Below, piece by piece: positions 50,301 to 60,169 of a stretch of DNA of 64,000 nucleotides (the stretch's first letter is position 1; each line of letters opens with the position of its first letter). Under the pieces are notes generated by a model, which saw nothing but the letters and a program-made list of their open reading frames with translations, was not told the origin of the DNA and made no database searches. The DNA is from Elusimicrobia bacterium RIFOXYA2_FULL_39_19 (GTDB taxonomy: Bacteria; Elusimicrobiota; Endomicrobiia; CG1-02-37-114; XYA2-FULL-39-19), in NCBI GenBank assembly GCA_001800285.1, contig MGVC01000054.1:8272-72271 (forward strand), written 5' to 3'. Both the position numbers and the translations under genes were made by a program.

Positions 50301-50671
50301 AGTCCGTCTTTCAGATTCAGATGGGACCCCGCCAGTCATGCTGCTTCTGACAAGGCAACGTCTGATTATGTCCGACTTTCAGATACAGACGAGACCTTGT
50401 CTGAAGTAAAAAGACAGGCAAGACGTGTCTGCTTTCGCAAGACGGACTCTTTACTATTTACTTTTCACTGTCTTTCTAAGCGTTCAGTGCAACCCCTATT
50501 GCTTGTCATTCCCTAATGGTTTTATAGGGAATCTACGGCAGTGGATCTCCGTGTTAGTGCAAGGCACACCCGAAGATGACATCTTTGTCTTTACTGCCTT
50601 CTGCTTCATCGCTCCATCGCTGCTGTTTACTTCATCACTGCCTTCTCTTCACTATTTACTCTTTACTGCCT

Positions 50672-53600
50672 CTAAGGTACCGAAGCATTAAACAGCGGGT
50701 AGTAGCCTTTTATCACAGTTTCTGCGGGTTTGGCGCGGATAGAATAATCTTTATCGTACGGCGTGTCAATAAACTCATAACCGAAAGGCAGTATGCCTAT
50801 AATCCACGGCCTGTCAGCAATTACCCTGCACACAGCTTCGTAAATTCTTGCCTGTTCTTCCAAATCTAACGTATAAGAACTGTTATCATTATCAGTAGAA
50901 GCCAGCGAACCCTGGCTGTTTACCGCGCCATCTACGCTGGCATAGGCAAACTGGGTTATCAGTACGGGTTTGGTGCTGAAAAATATTGATGCCGTTTTAA
51001 TAGTCGTATCAAAATGCTCTTCCAGTTTTGCCTGAATTTCAGAAACAGCGGCAACGGAAGACATTTTTAAATTTTCCCACACGTTTATGCCCAGATAATC
51101 CGCATCGCCGTACCAGTCCATGCCGTTTGACGTATCATAACTATAATCATACGCCACTATTTTTGTTGACGGGCTGATGGTTCTGGCCTGGCTTATCAGG
51201 CTTTTCATCCAGGAATTCATGGTAGTTTTATATGACGGGTCTGCAAAACCGGTCCTTGTAGCGATAGTCAGCAGTTCCACGTTTTCTTCAGCGCAGATTC
51301 TGGCGGCATATATGTAAAGGTCCTGCATACTTGCGCGCCAGGTATCCCACCAGGCGTTTGTATGGTCGCTGAACCAGAAAGACTCATTCCAGCCGGGCGT
51401 CATGGACCCGGTATTTCCCTGCGGATATATAATTACGCGTTTACTTTTTGCATGCGCTTCTCTTATTGCCAGCCGAAGGTCTTCTATGGGGGTATCTACG
51501 GTACCTACCGCATACTTCAAACTTCGTGTTTCCATGGTAGGCGGATCTACGGAATCAAAGGTCCTTATGGGCCCCAGCACTACATCTGTATAATCAATAC
51601 TATTTGTTTCCCAGTAAGCCAGCGAATCTTCGTAGGGTTTCATAAAACCCGGCTGCCAGTAATCATACAAATACATGCCGGAATAAAACACACTGCGCGT
51701 GCTTACTGCAACAGGCATAAAAGCATACGCCGGCGGATAACTGCCTGACGGGAACCACCGCCATGATGAAACAGTGTCATTTACCTGCATGGCGCCCGGG
51801 CCGGGCAGTGTAACACTGCGCACGGTTGACGTGTCATCCGGTGTAAACTTTTCAAGGGCCAGTTCTTTTAATGTGCCATGATAATATTTATAGTTTATCT
51901 GCCAGTTCCAGTCAGGATTTATAAAGAAATCCAGTTTATGGTGCGTGCTGTCAAGCTTGTTCATTGCCACGGAATCAAAAAACACATATTCATTTGCAGG
52001 CGTGTTTGCCGGCACGGTAACGTTTATAGTTACCTGCTGGAAACCCTCTGGTTTAAAACAGATATCTGCATCGGTCCTGGTTTCATTTGAAGAGCCGGGC
52101 ACAAAATCACGGAAATTGTATTCTCTGCTGGTGCTGTTTCTTTCTTCTCCGAAAAAATTGCCACCCAGCGTATAAATATACTGCACCGGCGCGCCTTCAT
52201 ACATTTCTACCGTTGCGGTATAATTGTTTCCTGATTTTGTCATAAATACATAACGGTCGGTGTACCAGCAGCGCAGGGCATTTCTGTACCACTGAGGGGC
52301 ACCCAGCTGGTGTATATTGCCTACTATTCTTATAACAGCGTTTGCCGGCATTTCTGCCGGAGGCACCGCAACAAATGTAACATTTATTTTCTGAGCTGGT
52401 GACAGCGTGAAATTTTCCGCGGCGCCTGCGGCGGTTAAATCTATTTCCCTGCTTTGCACTTTATAATCGCCTTTGTATGTAAATACCGTAATTCTCTGCT
52501 TTCCTGCCGGCAAACCTGAAATAGAATAAGTGCCGTCGCCTTTTGTGCCGGCATTTATGCCGTTTACTGATACGGTAACATCCATCAGCGGTGTGCCGCC
52601 GCCTGTAACTGTGCCGGAAATGGTGCCGGTAACGGGCGCATTGTTTGTATCCTGCCAGTTGGCTACGGTATCATTTACCGTGCTGGTTGTAACGTGCAGT
52701 ATCCTGTACTCCAGGGGAATGCCCGTGCTGGTAAAAACTTCTATTGAAGAATCTGTTTCCCTTTTATAGCAGTAATAAACAAAGGAACCGTTTAAAAATA
52801 CCGAACTGGTGGAATATGCCAGAGAGCCTGCCGGATTCATGGGAATTCTCTGAATATACGAATGGCCTGTATAAAACGGGTATATATAAAGGAAGATTGT
52901 AGAAGTTGAAGGGGTAACGGCAGGCACGATTACATTAAACGTAACATTTTTATATGGAGTAATGCCTGTTACAAAAGTACCCGTTGTGCCAACAGCAAGA
53001 TTTCCGGAAAAGTCTCTGGATTTGGGGCTGAAGTAATATGTAGTTTCGGGCACAAAGCCGGTTAATGTTACGCTGTGGTTTGTGGTAAGGGTTAAATCTT
53101 CTGCAGAATTAGTGCCCAACGCATCCGTAAGCCCGTAAGCCGCCTGCGTAAAAGACTGTTCGTCCGTTGTCCAGGTAATAGTAGCGCTTGATGAACCTAC
53201 GCCCGTCACCAGAATATTTGAAATAACAGGAGCAATTGTATCAGGTACCAGGGCCGGGTTTAATATCATGTATGTGTCTGAACCATTGGCTGTATTTCCT
53301 TTTGCATCTTTGCTTATCACGCGGTACCAGTATGTGGCGGAAGCCGTAAGGCCGGTAATTATTACAGAATGGTTTAATACCAGAGTTGTATCTTCTGCAG
53401 TGCTTTGGGTAATGGCTTTTACACCATTAAACATAAACGCATATTCGGTTTTTGATGTGGCGGTTTCATCCGTTACCCAGGTAACGGCGGCACTGGTGAT
53501 ATAACAGGTAGAATTTACCTGTGAAATTACAGGCGCAGTGGCGTCATACGTGCCGGCTTCTATTTCCGCCAGGCGCTGTTTTTCTTCAACCACTTTTACG

Positions 53601-53716
53601 CCGATATCTTTTACTTTTTTCTTTATGATGCCCGTTACGCCAAAACCAAACTCTACAGCTGTAAGGGTTTGGCAGAAAATAAAAACGGTAATTAAAATTG
53701 TAATTAGTTTTTTCAT
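50672..53716 (-). CDS. Giant secreted surface protein. Several fibronectin-III-like domains, a CarboxypepD_reg/Cna-B-like domain and a C-terminal putative glycan-active (TIM-barrel-like) domain.
   Basis: Signal peptide. Recurrent FN3 cores ('TSATYWYRV', 'TTYYF', 'ATITWTTDE'). 'GTISGTVTGGGTPLMDVTVSVNG...GDGTYSISGLPAG' carboxypeptidase-regulatory-like fold. C-terminal 350 aa with conserved acidic/aromatic positions. Confidence 0.6.
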   Translation of the reverse strand: MKKLITILITVFIFCQTLTAVEFGFGVTGIIKKKVKDIGVKVVEEKQRLAEIEAGTYDATAPVISQVNSTCYITSAAVTWVTDETATSKTEYAFMFNGVKAITQSTAEDTTLVLNHSVIITGLTASATYWYRVISKDAKGNTANGSDTYMILNPALVPDTIAPVISNILVTGVGSSSATITWTTDEQSFTQAAYGLTDALGTNSAEDLTLTTNHSVTLTGFVPETTYYFSPKSRDFSGNLAVGTTGTFVTGITPYKNVTFNVIVPAVTPSTSTIFLYIYPFYTGHSYIQRIPMNPAGSLAYSTSSVFLNGSFVYYCYKRETDSSIEVFTSTGIPLEYRILHVTTSTVNDTVANWQDTNNAPVTGTISGTVTGGGTPLMDVTVSVNGINAGTKGDGTYSISGLPAGKQRITVFTYKGDYKVQSREIDLTAAGAAENFTLSPAQKINVTFVAVPPAEMPANAVIRIVGNIHQLGAPQWYRNALRCWYTDRYVFMTKSGNNYTATVEMYEGAPVQYIYTLGGNFFGEERNSTSREYNFRDFVPGSSNETRTDADICFKPEGFQQVTINVTVPANTPANEYVFFDSVAMNKLDSTHHKLDFFINPDWNWQINYKYYHGTLKELALEKFTPDDTSTVRSVTLPGPGAMQVNDTVSSWRWFPSGSYPPAYAFMPVAVSTRSVFYSGMYLYDYWQPGFMKPYEDSLAYWETNSIDYTDVVLGPIRTFDSVDPPTMETRSLKYAVGTVDTPIEDLRLAIREAHAKSKRVIIYPQGNTGSMTPGWNESFWFSDHTNAWWDTWRASMQDLYIYAARICAEENVELLTIATRTGFADPSYKTTMNSWMKSLISQARTISPSTKIVAYDYSYDTSNGMDWYGDADYLGINVWENLKMSSVAAVSEIQAKLEEHFDTTIKTASIFFSTKPVLITQFAYASVDGAVNSQGSLASTDNDNSSYTLDLEEQARIYEAVCRVIADRPWIIGILPFGYEFIDTPYDKDYSIRAKPAETVIKGYYPLFNASVP

Positions 53717-53764
53717 AAGAAATTTTAATTTTGTAGCGGCCTGATTTATCAGGCTCTTCTTTTT

Positions 53765-54499
53765 TTATCGGAAATACCAGTTTAAGCCTGCGTTAACAGA
53801 AAAAAACATGGTTTCATCAAACACATTCACATCTTTATCCTGAAGCCGTAAATAACCCGGCCCGGTATCTAATTGCAAAGCAAACTTATCGCTGAAAAAA
53901 TATTCAATGCCCATAAAAAACGCGCCCATATAGCCGGTGCCTGTACTGTCCGGTGAATCGTACTGGATATATTCCATATCAAAACCGGAAATTAAAAACA
54001 CATTGTCCGCTGAATAACCGTAAAAATACCTGTACCCGCGGAAACCCGCCACCATAAGCCCCTGATCTGACTGCACCCTGGGCTCTATGGCCATTGTGTC
54101 TGACTGGAAATACCTGAACCCCACGCTGGGATAACCAAAAGTTATGCCCATATTTCCGTGTTCAAATTCCTGCGCGCTGTGTGCCGCTGCGGTAAATGAA
54201 ATAATAAGCACTGCAAACAGAAAACTTCTAAATTTAAACAGATTGTCCGCAAAACGTTGCGCCTTTTCTTTTACCGCCGTTGCTTTTGCGTGAAACCCCG
54301 GAAAGAGCTGTTTTATTTTTAAGCTGACTTTATGAAGCAGTTTGTTGATATATGCAGATTCTTTTGAAAGCAGGTAAAACCCAATTACCATACAAAGAAT
54401 GCCCTGTATAAAAGGAAGCACCAGCCCGAGTATTCCTACAATCAGAAAAACCCAGCCTAGTGTCAGTATAATAATTTTTCTTGCTTTCCCGGAATTCAT
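53765..54499 (-). CDS. DUF454/YbaN-like inner-membrane protein fused to a Tyr/Gly-rich C-terminal domain.
   Basis: N-terminal 'IIILTLGWVFLIVGILGLVLPFIQGILCMVIGFYLL' is YbaN-like. C-terminus beta-rich and ends 'WYFR'. Confidence 0.45.
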   Translation of the reverse strand: MNSGKARKIIILTLGWVFLIVGILGLVLPFIQGILCMVIGFYLLSKESAYINKLLHKVSLKIKQLFPGFHAKATAVKEKAQRFADNLFKFRSFLFAVLIISFTAAAHSAQEFEHGNMGITFGYPSVGFRYFQSDTMAIEPRVQSDQGLMVAGFRGYRYFYGYSADNVFLISGFDMEYIQYDSPDSTGTGYMGAFFMGIEYFFSDKFALQLDTGPGYLRLQDKDVNVFDETMFFSVNAGLNWYFR

Positions 54500-54601
54500 G
54501 CTTTCAATTATATAATTTCGGCCGGGTTAAAACAATCTTCAACAAAAAAACAAATACAAAACCGCGTTACGCTGCCGGCTTTTTGGTTACGATTGCTTAA
54601 T

Positions 54602-56026
54602 TTAGTCTTTTAAAAGAGGGAATGAGTAACCAAGGTACTGGTTAAATACTATGCGGAATGTGTTTTTATTTGACATGTTGTTATAAAGCGCTTTTTTTGC
54701 GTCACCCGGAAAATAAATAGCGTTAAAAATTCTATTTCTGTATTTAAGGTTGGAATTACTGCTATGGTCTGACTGAATAATTATAACCGGCGGTTTTTCT
54801 GATTTTGAAAGGATGTCTTCTACAAGCTGTTTGACCTTTTTTGTTATAAAAATATACTGGCCCAGATAAAGCGCTTTATTAAAAGAATATAAGTCGCCTG
54901 CTTTTACTTTTTGGCCGTTTTCATCAAATACAAAAGGCCCGTGCGGGGATATAACATGCGCAAAAACAAATTTAGGACCTGTAACTTCCGGCATTTTTGC
55001 CAATTCATTAAATTCATAAAGAATCCCGCTTCTGAAATATTCTTTGTTTATAAATATTACGCGTAAAATACTCTGCTTTATAAGTAAATGCATGAATTCA
55101 TCCCTAACCCTGAAACCATAACAGTTAAAGTTCCTGTCTGCGCGCATATTATAGCTTGTACCATAATACCAGGACCCGAAGTTTATATATTTATACCCGT
55201 TAGATTTAAGCAGTTTGATTACTTTATTATTGCGCACAAGTTTTTTAAGCCATTTTTCCTGATAATCTTCCATACCCAGGCTCGAGGCCACCATCATGTC
55301 CATATTTTCAGATTCTTTTTTTGAGTTAATAAAGCCTGGCGGGCCCATATTCAAACTTGTAGCTAAAGATAAGGTGGTGCTTTTATACATACTTTTACTT
55401 TTACCTGCAATATAAAAGTTTTTGCTATAGAGATATTGTGCAAAGTTTGAATTGTCATAACCAAAAACATTTTTTATTTCATCTAAACATGCATATTGGT
55501 CAAGAATAATTAAATATATATCTGGCAGATCTTCTTTTAATACGGTTTTTTGAGGTAACTTTTCCTGTGTATTTATTTCGTGTGCTTTTTTTACGGATAT
55601 TGCTATTTGGGCTATGTTTATCACTATCATTAATATTGCAACGTTGTTTAATATACTGTTTATGGCCGTTACCGTTGAATGTGTTTTTGTTTTTAAAATC
55701 CGTAAACAGTAAAGAAGTATTACTAAAAATAATATTAAACTTACACCGATAACCGCAACCTTGCCGTCTATAAAGGTTTTTATATATTCATAGAGATCAC
55801 CGTATATCAGCAGTGAAATCATAACCGGAGATGTTATTAAGGCGCTTTTACCGGAATCCCTTAGAAACAAGTTTATCAGTTTCATAATAATCCAGGTAAG
55901 TGAAACCGTAATAATTAAAGGAAGAATTATACGTACCGGCAATACTTCATCTGCATTATGCGCAAATAAAATAAGCACCGGCAAAATGGCAAACAGATAG
56001 GGGGCAACGGCAGGTTTATTTTTCAT
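54602..56026 (-). CDS. Membrane-anchored alkaline-phosphatase-superfamily enzyme (LtaS/EptA-like sulfatase fold).
   Basis: 5 N-terminal TM. 'YLIILDQY', 'HVISPHGPFVFD', 'IIIQSDHS' metal/nucleophile motifs of the sulfatase/phosphotransferase fold. Confidence 0.6.
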   Translation of the reverse strand: MKNKPAVAPYLFAILPVLILFAHNADEVLPVRIILPLIITVSLTWIIMKLINLFLRDSGKSALITSPVMISLLIYGDLYEYIKTFIDGKVAVIGVSLILFLVILLYCLRILKTKTHSTVTAINSILNNVAILMIVINIAQIAISVKKAHEINTQEKLPQKTVLKEDLPDIYLIILDQYACLDEIKNVFGYDNSNFAQYLYSKNFYIAGKSKSMYKSTTLSLATSLNMGPPGFINSKKESENMDMMVASSLGMEDYQEKWLKKLVRNNKVIKLLKSNGYKYINFGSWYYGTSYNMRADRNFNCYGFRVRDEFMHLLIKQSILRVIFINKEYFRSGILYEFNELAKMPEVTGPKFVFAHVISPHGPFVFDENGQKVKAGDLYSFNKALYLGQYIFITKKVKQLVEDILSKSEKPPVIIIQSDHSSNSNLKYRNRIFNAIYFPGDAKKALYNNMSNKNTFRIVFNQYLGYSFPLLKD

Positions 56027-56029
56027 TTT

Positions 56030-57403
56030 TTACTTTTTTCTTAACAAATATAATGTCCTCTGGGAATTTTCAATACTGCAGAAAGTTTCTATATTAAAAT
56101 ACACGCTGAATGCTTTTTCAAAACCTTCTTTAGTGTAATTCGGGAATATGTCTTCACGGCTTTCCAGCAGTTTTTTTACCTGCGAATCACTTTTGGGCAC
56201 AAACTCTATTATTAACGAATTACAGTTTTTGCTTAACAAATCCGCAATGTCATTTAAAGGAACATTGTTTGAAATGGCCAGATGATGTATTATTGCAAGA
56301 GCCAGAATTGTATCTGCGGGGCCTCTTTTAAACAATGACATTCTCTCTTCGCCGGCCCAGCCGATACAAGAACTTGGATTTGTAAAATCCATTATAAGAG
56401 GAAGTATATTTGTTTCTTTTTTTTGTATGCATTCATTGTAACTTTTTTCTATAGCTGCCGGATCTATGTCAAACGATACGGTATCAATGCCCCTGTCTGA
56501 TGCAATACGTCCAAACATTCCGGTGTTGCCGCCAATATCCCAGAGATTTTTAGGATTAATTTTATCCAGATATTCTGCCACTATCTGTTTTTTTTGTTCT
56601 ATGCTGCTGTCAGTATAATTATTGTTGTTGTAATAATCACCCCACTGGGTTGCACTGGCTTTCAGGCTGAGTTTATTTATAAAAGATTCCAGATTATCTA
56701 TAAGCGCGTACAAAGATGTTTTGCCAATATGCAGGCTTTTTTTATCTGGTGTTTTATTTTCATAATACTTCTGGCTTTTAGAGTGCATATATATATGCGT
56801 AAAAAGTGAAATGCTCAGCCAGGCTTTTTTTGGTAAAAGTTTTACCGCTAAATCAAGGGGAATGCCGTCTAAATATACTTTTGATAATTGATTCAACTGT
56901 ATGTCCTTATAAACAATTAATGCCAGGGGCGCTAAAAAATGCTGGCAAAACTGTTTATAAGCAACCCAGGGGGAACCTTCTTTATAAATTTCAAAAGAAA
57001 GAGTATCTATGAATACGGCATTGCCTTTATAATACTGTACATTATAAGCACTGGCGTCTTTTAAAGACATTCCGTGGTTTAACGCTTCTTTTTGAATTTC
57101 TAAAGTCAACAGGGCCGCCTGTTTTAACTGGCCGAAACACCATTCATAAGGATAAGAGATAAAAGTAATTACTTCAGGTTTGATGATTTTAAAAACATCA
57201 CCGTTTTCCTGCGTGTCTATAGTTGTTTCTTCGTGCGGGATTAAAAGGTTTTTATCGGTCAGCGTTTTATACAGGCCGGAATTCATTAAAAAATTGTAGT
57301 TTTCTTTATAAAGCAGGTTAACCTGGCGTAAAAGCGTATGGTTTTTAAAAAACAAAAAACCGTTTGGATCGCGGAAAGAACCTGGAAGGTTGTTTTTACT
57401 CAT
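56030..57403 (-). CDS. Two-domain protein: N-terminal protein-kinase-like fold plus C-terminal class I SAM-dependent methyltransferase.
   Basis: C-terminal 'LWDIGGNTGMFGRIA...VSFDIDPAAIE...LIMDFTNP' (MT motifs I-post I-II). N-terminal 'HGMSLKDASAYNVQY...AVFIDTLSF' resembles the kinase catalytic loop and DFG-like segment. Confidence 0.5.
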   Translation of the reverse strand: MSKNNLPGSFRDPNGFLFFKNHTLLRQVNLLYKENYNFLMNSGLYKTLTDKNLLIPHEETTIDTQENGDVFKIIKPEVITFISYPYEWCFGQLKQAALLTLEIQKEALNHGMSLKDASAYNVQYYKGNAVFIDTLSFEIYKEGSPWVAYKQFCQHFLAPLALIVYKDIQLNQLSKVYLDGIPLDLAVKLLPKKAWLSISLFTHIYMHSKSQKYYENKTPDKKSLHIGKTSLYALIDNLESFINKLSLKASATQWGDYYNNNNYTDSSIEQKKQIVAEYLDKINPKNLWDIGGNTGMFGRIASDRGIDTVSFDIDPAAIEKSYNECIQKKETNILPLIMDFTNPSSCIGWAGEERMSLFKRGPADTILALAIIHHLAISNNVPLNDIADLLSKNCNSLIIEFVPKSDSQVKKLLESREDIFPNYTKEGFEKAFSVYFNIETFCSIENSQRTLYLLRKK

Positions 57404-57404
57404 A

Positions 57405-57620
57405 TTACTGAGAAGGGTGTTTGCCGAATTTTTTTGCTAAGTAATTCTTTATGTTTTTCCAAAAATGTTTTATGGTAAATATTGCCGTAAAAAAAACCGC
57501 TATAAAAACCTGCATTACCAGGCTTCCTATACCGGGATTTATATAGCAATACGCGGGGCTGGTAAAAATAAAACTTATTGATACTATTGCCAGCAACAAA
57601 ACCTTAAGAAAATGTTTCAT
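57405..57620 (-). CDS. Small two-helix membrane peptide (71 aa), translationally coupled to the kinase/MT gene.
   Basis: ORF with 2 hydrophobic helices and a basic C-terminus. The stop is 1 nt from the downstream start. Confidence 0.4.
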   Translation of the reverse strand: MKHFLKVLLLAIVSISFIFTSPAYCYINPGIGSLVMQVFIAVFFTAIFTIKHFWKNIKNYLAKKFGKHPSQ

Positions 57621-57685
57621 ATAATCCTCTTACTTAAAGATTATACATTTTAAATCTGTTCAATTCAATGTACTAAAATCAATAA

Positions 57686-59647
57686 TTACTCATATCTTAA
57701 GGCGTCTATGGGGCTTAGTTTAGAAGCTTTTCTGGCGGGCCAAAGACCGAAAATTAAACCAACAAAAAACGAAAATGTAAAAGCCAGCGCAACAGAAGAA
57801 AAAGTTACTTTTGTAGCCCAGCCGGCAACTTTTGCAAAAATTAAGGATATACCTGTACCCAGCAATATACCCATAAGCCCGCCTAGCAGGCATACAAATA
57901 TCGCTTCAATTACAAACTGAAAAAGAATATCATCATTATTGGCGCCAATGGCTTTACGCAGGCCTATTTCACGGGTTCTTTCCGTTACAGATACCAGCAT
58001 AATGTTCATAATACCTATACCGCCTACTAATAAGCTGACAAAAGCAATTGAACCCAGCAGGTAGGAAAACACGTTCATGGTGGCTGAAATAGTTTCCTGA
58101 ATTTCCGCCATGTTTCTTATATCAATTTCTTCTTCTTTTTCTTTCGGCAGGCGGTGCAGGGCAATTAAGAGTTTGGTAATTTTTGTTTCTGCGCGTTCCA
58201 TTAAAGAAGCTTCTGTTACCTGCACTTCCATATTATCTATATATTCTTTGCCAAATACACGATACATGGCAGTATTAAGCGGAATAATTATCTGATTATC
58301 CATATCACGCCAGCCGGAAGTTCCCTTAACCGGAAGCATGCCGATAACCATAAAATCTATGCCTTTAATTTTTATAAATTCACCAATAGGGTTCTGGTCT
58401 CCAAAAATAGCGTCTTTTACCGTTTTGCCGATAATTGCCACTTTCTGGCGGGACACTGTTTCTTCCGGAGTAAAAAATCTGCCGGTTTTTGCCGGCGAAT
58501 TTTTAATATCAATATAATCAATTGTTGTGCCTACAATACTGGCATTTGTATTTTTGTTCTGGTAAACAACCTGCGCGTTACCGTTTACATAAGGAGCAAC
58601 CCGTGCAATATCAGGCAGGGCTCTTATTTCTTCACTGTCTTTAATGGTAAATCTTGTTGGTGAGCTGGAACCCAGAGATACTCCGCCCCGGTGTGAATCT
58701 ATTCTTACCATAAGCAAATTGGACCCGAGGCTTGAAATTCTTTCTTTCACGCTGTCTTGTGCGCCCCGGCCCAGGGCCATCATGGCTATAAGGCAGGTTA
58801 CGCCTATTAATACTCCCAGTATGGAAAGAGCAGACCGCGTTTTATTTGAAACCAGCGCGCGTATAGCCTGCCCAAAATAATCTTTTACTCTTTTAAAACC
58901 TGCCGCTTTATGAATTTTACTTTCCTGTGCATAAAAACTTTCACTGTTATTTTCCTGTATGTTTTGCCGGCCTATTTTTTCGTCAGAGATAACCTTGCCG
59001 TCCTGAAGTTTAATTATTCTGTTAGCTGCTTCTGCCAGGTCCGGTTCGTGGGTAACCATAACAATAGTTATTCCTGAATTATTAAGTTCTTTTAACAAAT
59101 TTATAATTTCTGCGGCGGATTTGGTATCCAGGTTGCCCGTAGGTTCATCAGCAAGTATAAGCAGCGGATTATTAATTAAGGACCGCGCAATAGCTACTCT
59201 CTGCTGCTGGCCGCCGGAAAGTTCGTTCGGTTTATGCTGTATTCTTTCACCCAGGCCTACTTTTTCTAAAAGTTTTACTGAATTGCCGGCATTAGCAGTT
59301 GAATCTGCATAAACCAGCGGCAGTTCTACATTTTCTTTTGCGCTTACTCTTGAAAGCAGGTTAAAACTTTGAAAAACAAAACCCAAAAACTTATTACGAA
59401 ATGATGCCAGCTGGTCATCTGAAAGTTTTGATACTTCATTTCCGGCAAGCACATGGCTTCCTGATGTTGGTTTATCCAACAATCCTAAAATATGCAAAAG
59501 CGTAGATTTACCGCTTCCTGAATGGCCCATAATTGCTACAAACTCGCCTTTATGAATATCCAAAGAAACACCGTTAAGCGCTTTAACGCTGATATTTCCT
59601 ATCTGATATATTTTGGTAATGTCTTTAAGTTCGATTATTTTTGTCAT
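57686..59647 (-). CDS. macB: MacB-type ABC transporter: fused ATPase and FtsX permease.
   Basis: Walker A 'GHSGSGKST'. 'LSGGQQQRVAIARSL'. Periplasmic MacB_PCD. Four TM. Start 'MTKIIELKD' at 59647. Confidence 0.9.
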   Translation of the reverse strand: MTKIIELKDITKIYQIGNISVKALNGVSLDIHKGEFVAIMGHSGSGKSTLLHILGLLDKPTSGSHVLAGNEVSKLSDDQLASFRNKFLGFVFQSFNLLSRVSAKENVELPLVYADSTANAGNSVKLLEKVGLGERIQHKPNELSGGQQQRVAIARSLINNPLLILADEPTGNLDTKSAAEIINLLKELNNSGITIVMVTHEPDLAEAANRIIKLQDGKVISDEKIGRQNIQENNSESFYAQESKIHKAAGFKRVKDYFGQAIRALVSNKTRSALSILGVLIGVTCLIAMMALGRGAQDSVKERISSLGSNLLMVRIDSHRGGVSLGSSSPTRFTIKDSEEIRALPDIARVAPYVNGNAQVVYQNKNTNASIVGTTIDYIDIKNSPAKTGRFFTPEETVSRQKVAIIGKTVKDAIFGDQNPIGEFIKIKGIDFMVIGMLPVKGTSGWRDMDNQIIIPLNTAMYRVFGKEYIDNMEVQVTEASLMERAETKITKLLIALHRLPKEKEEEIDIRNMAEIQETISATMNVFSYLLGSIAFVSLLVGGIGIMNIMLVSVTERTREIGLRKAIGANNDDILFQFVIEAIFVCLLGGLMGILLGTGISLIFAKVAGWATKVTFSSVALAFTFSFFVGLIFGLWPARKASKLSPIDALRYE

Positions 59648-60169
59648 AGTTTTTTTGTAGGGCGGGCTCTCAGAGCACACCGGGCATTCGGTTTTCCCGG
59701 ATTGTTCTGAGAACAATCCCTACATTTCCTTTTATCATTTGTTGCAGGGATACTACCCGTAATCCCTACAACATCCATTGATTTATTTTTGTAGGGCGGG
59801 CTCTCTGAGCACACCAATCTTTTGTTTTTCTCGGAGAACAATCCCTACTTCCTTTTACTGCCTTCTACTCCATCGCTTCATCGCTGCCGTTTACTTCTTC
59901 ACTGCCTTCTCGCTCTTTACTCTTCGCTCTTTACTCTTCACTGCCTTTCTAAGCGTTCAGTGCAAACCCTATTGTTTGTCATTCCCTAATGATTTTATAG
60001 GGAATCTACGGCAGTGGATCTTCGGGTTACTGCAATGATTGACGTGTACCCGAAGATGACATCTTAGTCTTTACAGCCTTCTGCTTCATCACTTCACCCG
60101 TCATGCAATGACTGACGGGGTCCCGTCCGGTGTGGCAGGACGGACTCTTTACTTCTTCACTGCCTTTGC
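59648..60169. repeat. ~520-bp intergenic block between macB and macA built entirely of repeat modules (families D, E and F).
   Basis: 'tttttgtagggcgggctctcagagcacacc', 'ggattgttctgagaacaatccctac', 'cagggatactacccgtaatccctac', 'cattccctaatgattttatagggaatctacggcagtggatcttcgggttactgcaa...cccgaagatgac', 'cgtcatgcaatgactgacgggg...ccggtgtggcaggacgg'. Each has copies elsewhere in the window. Confidence 0.85.
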
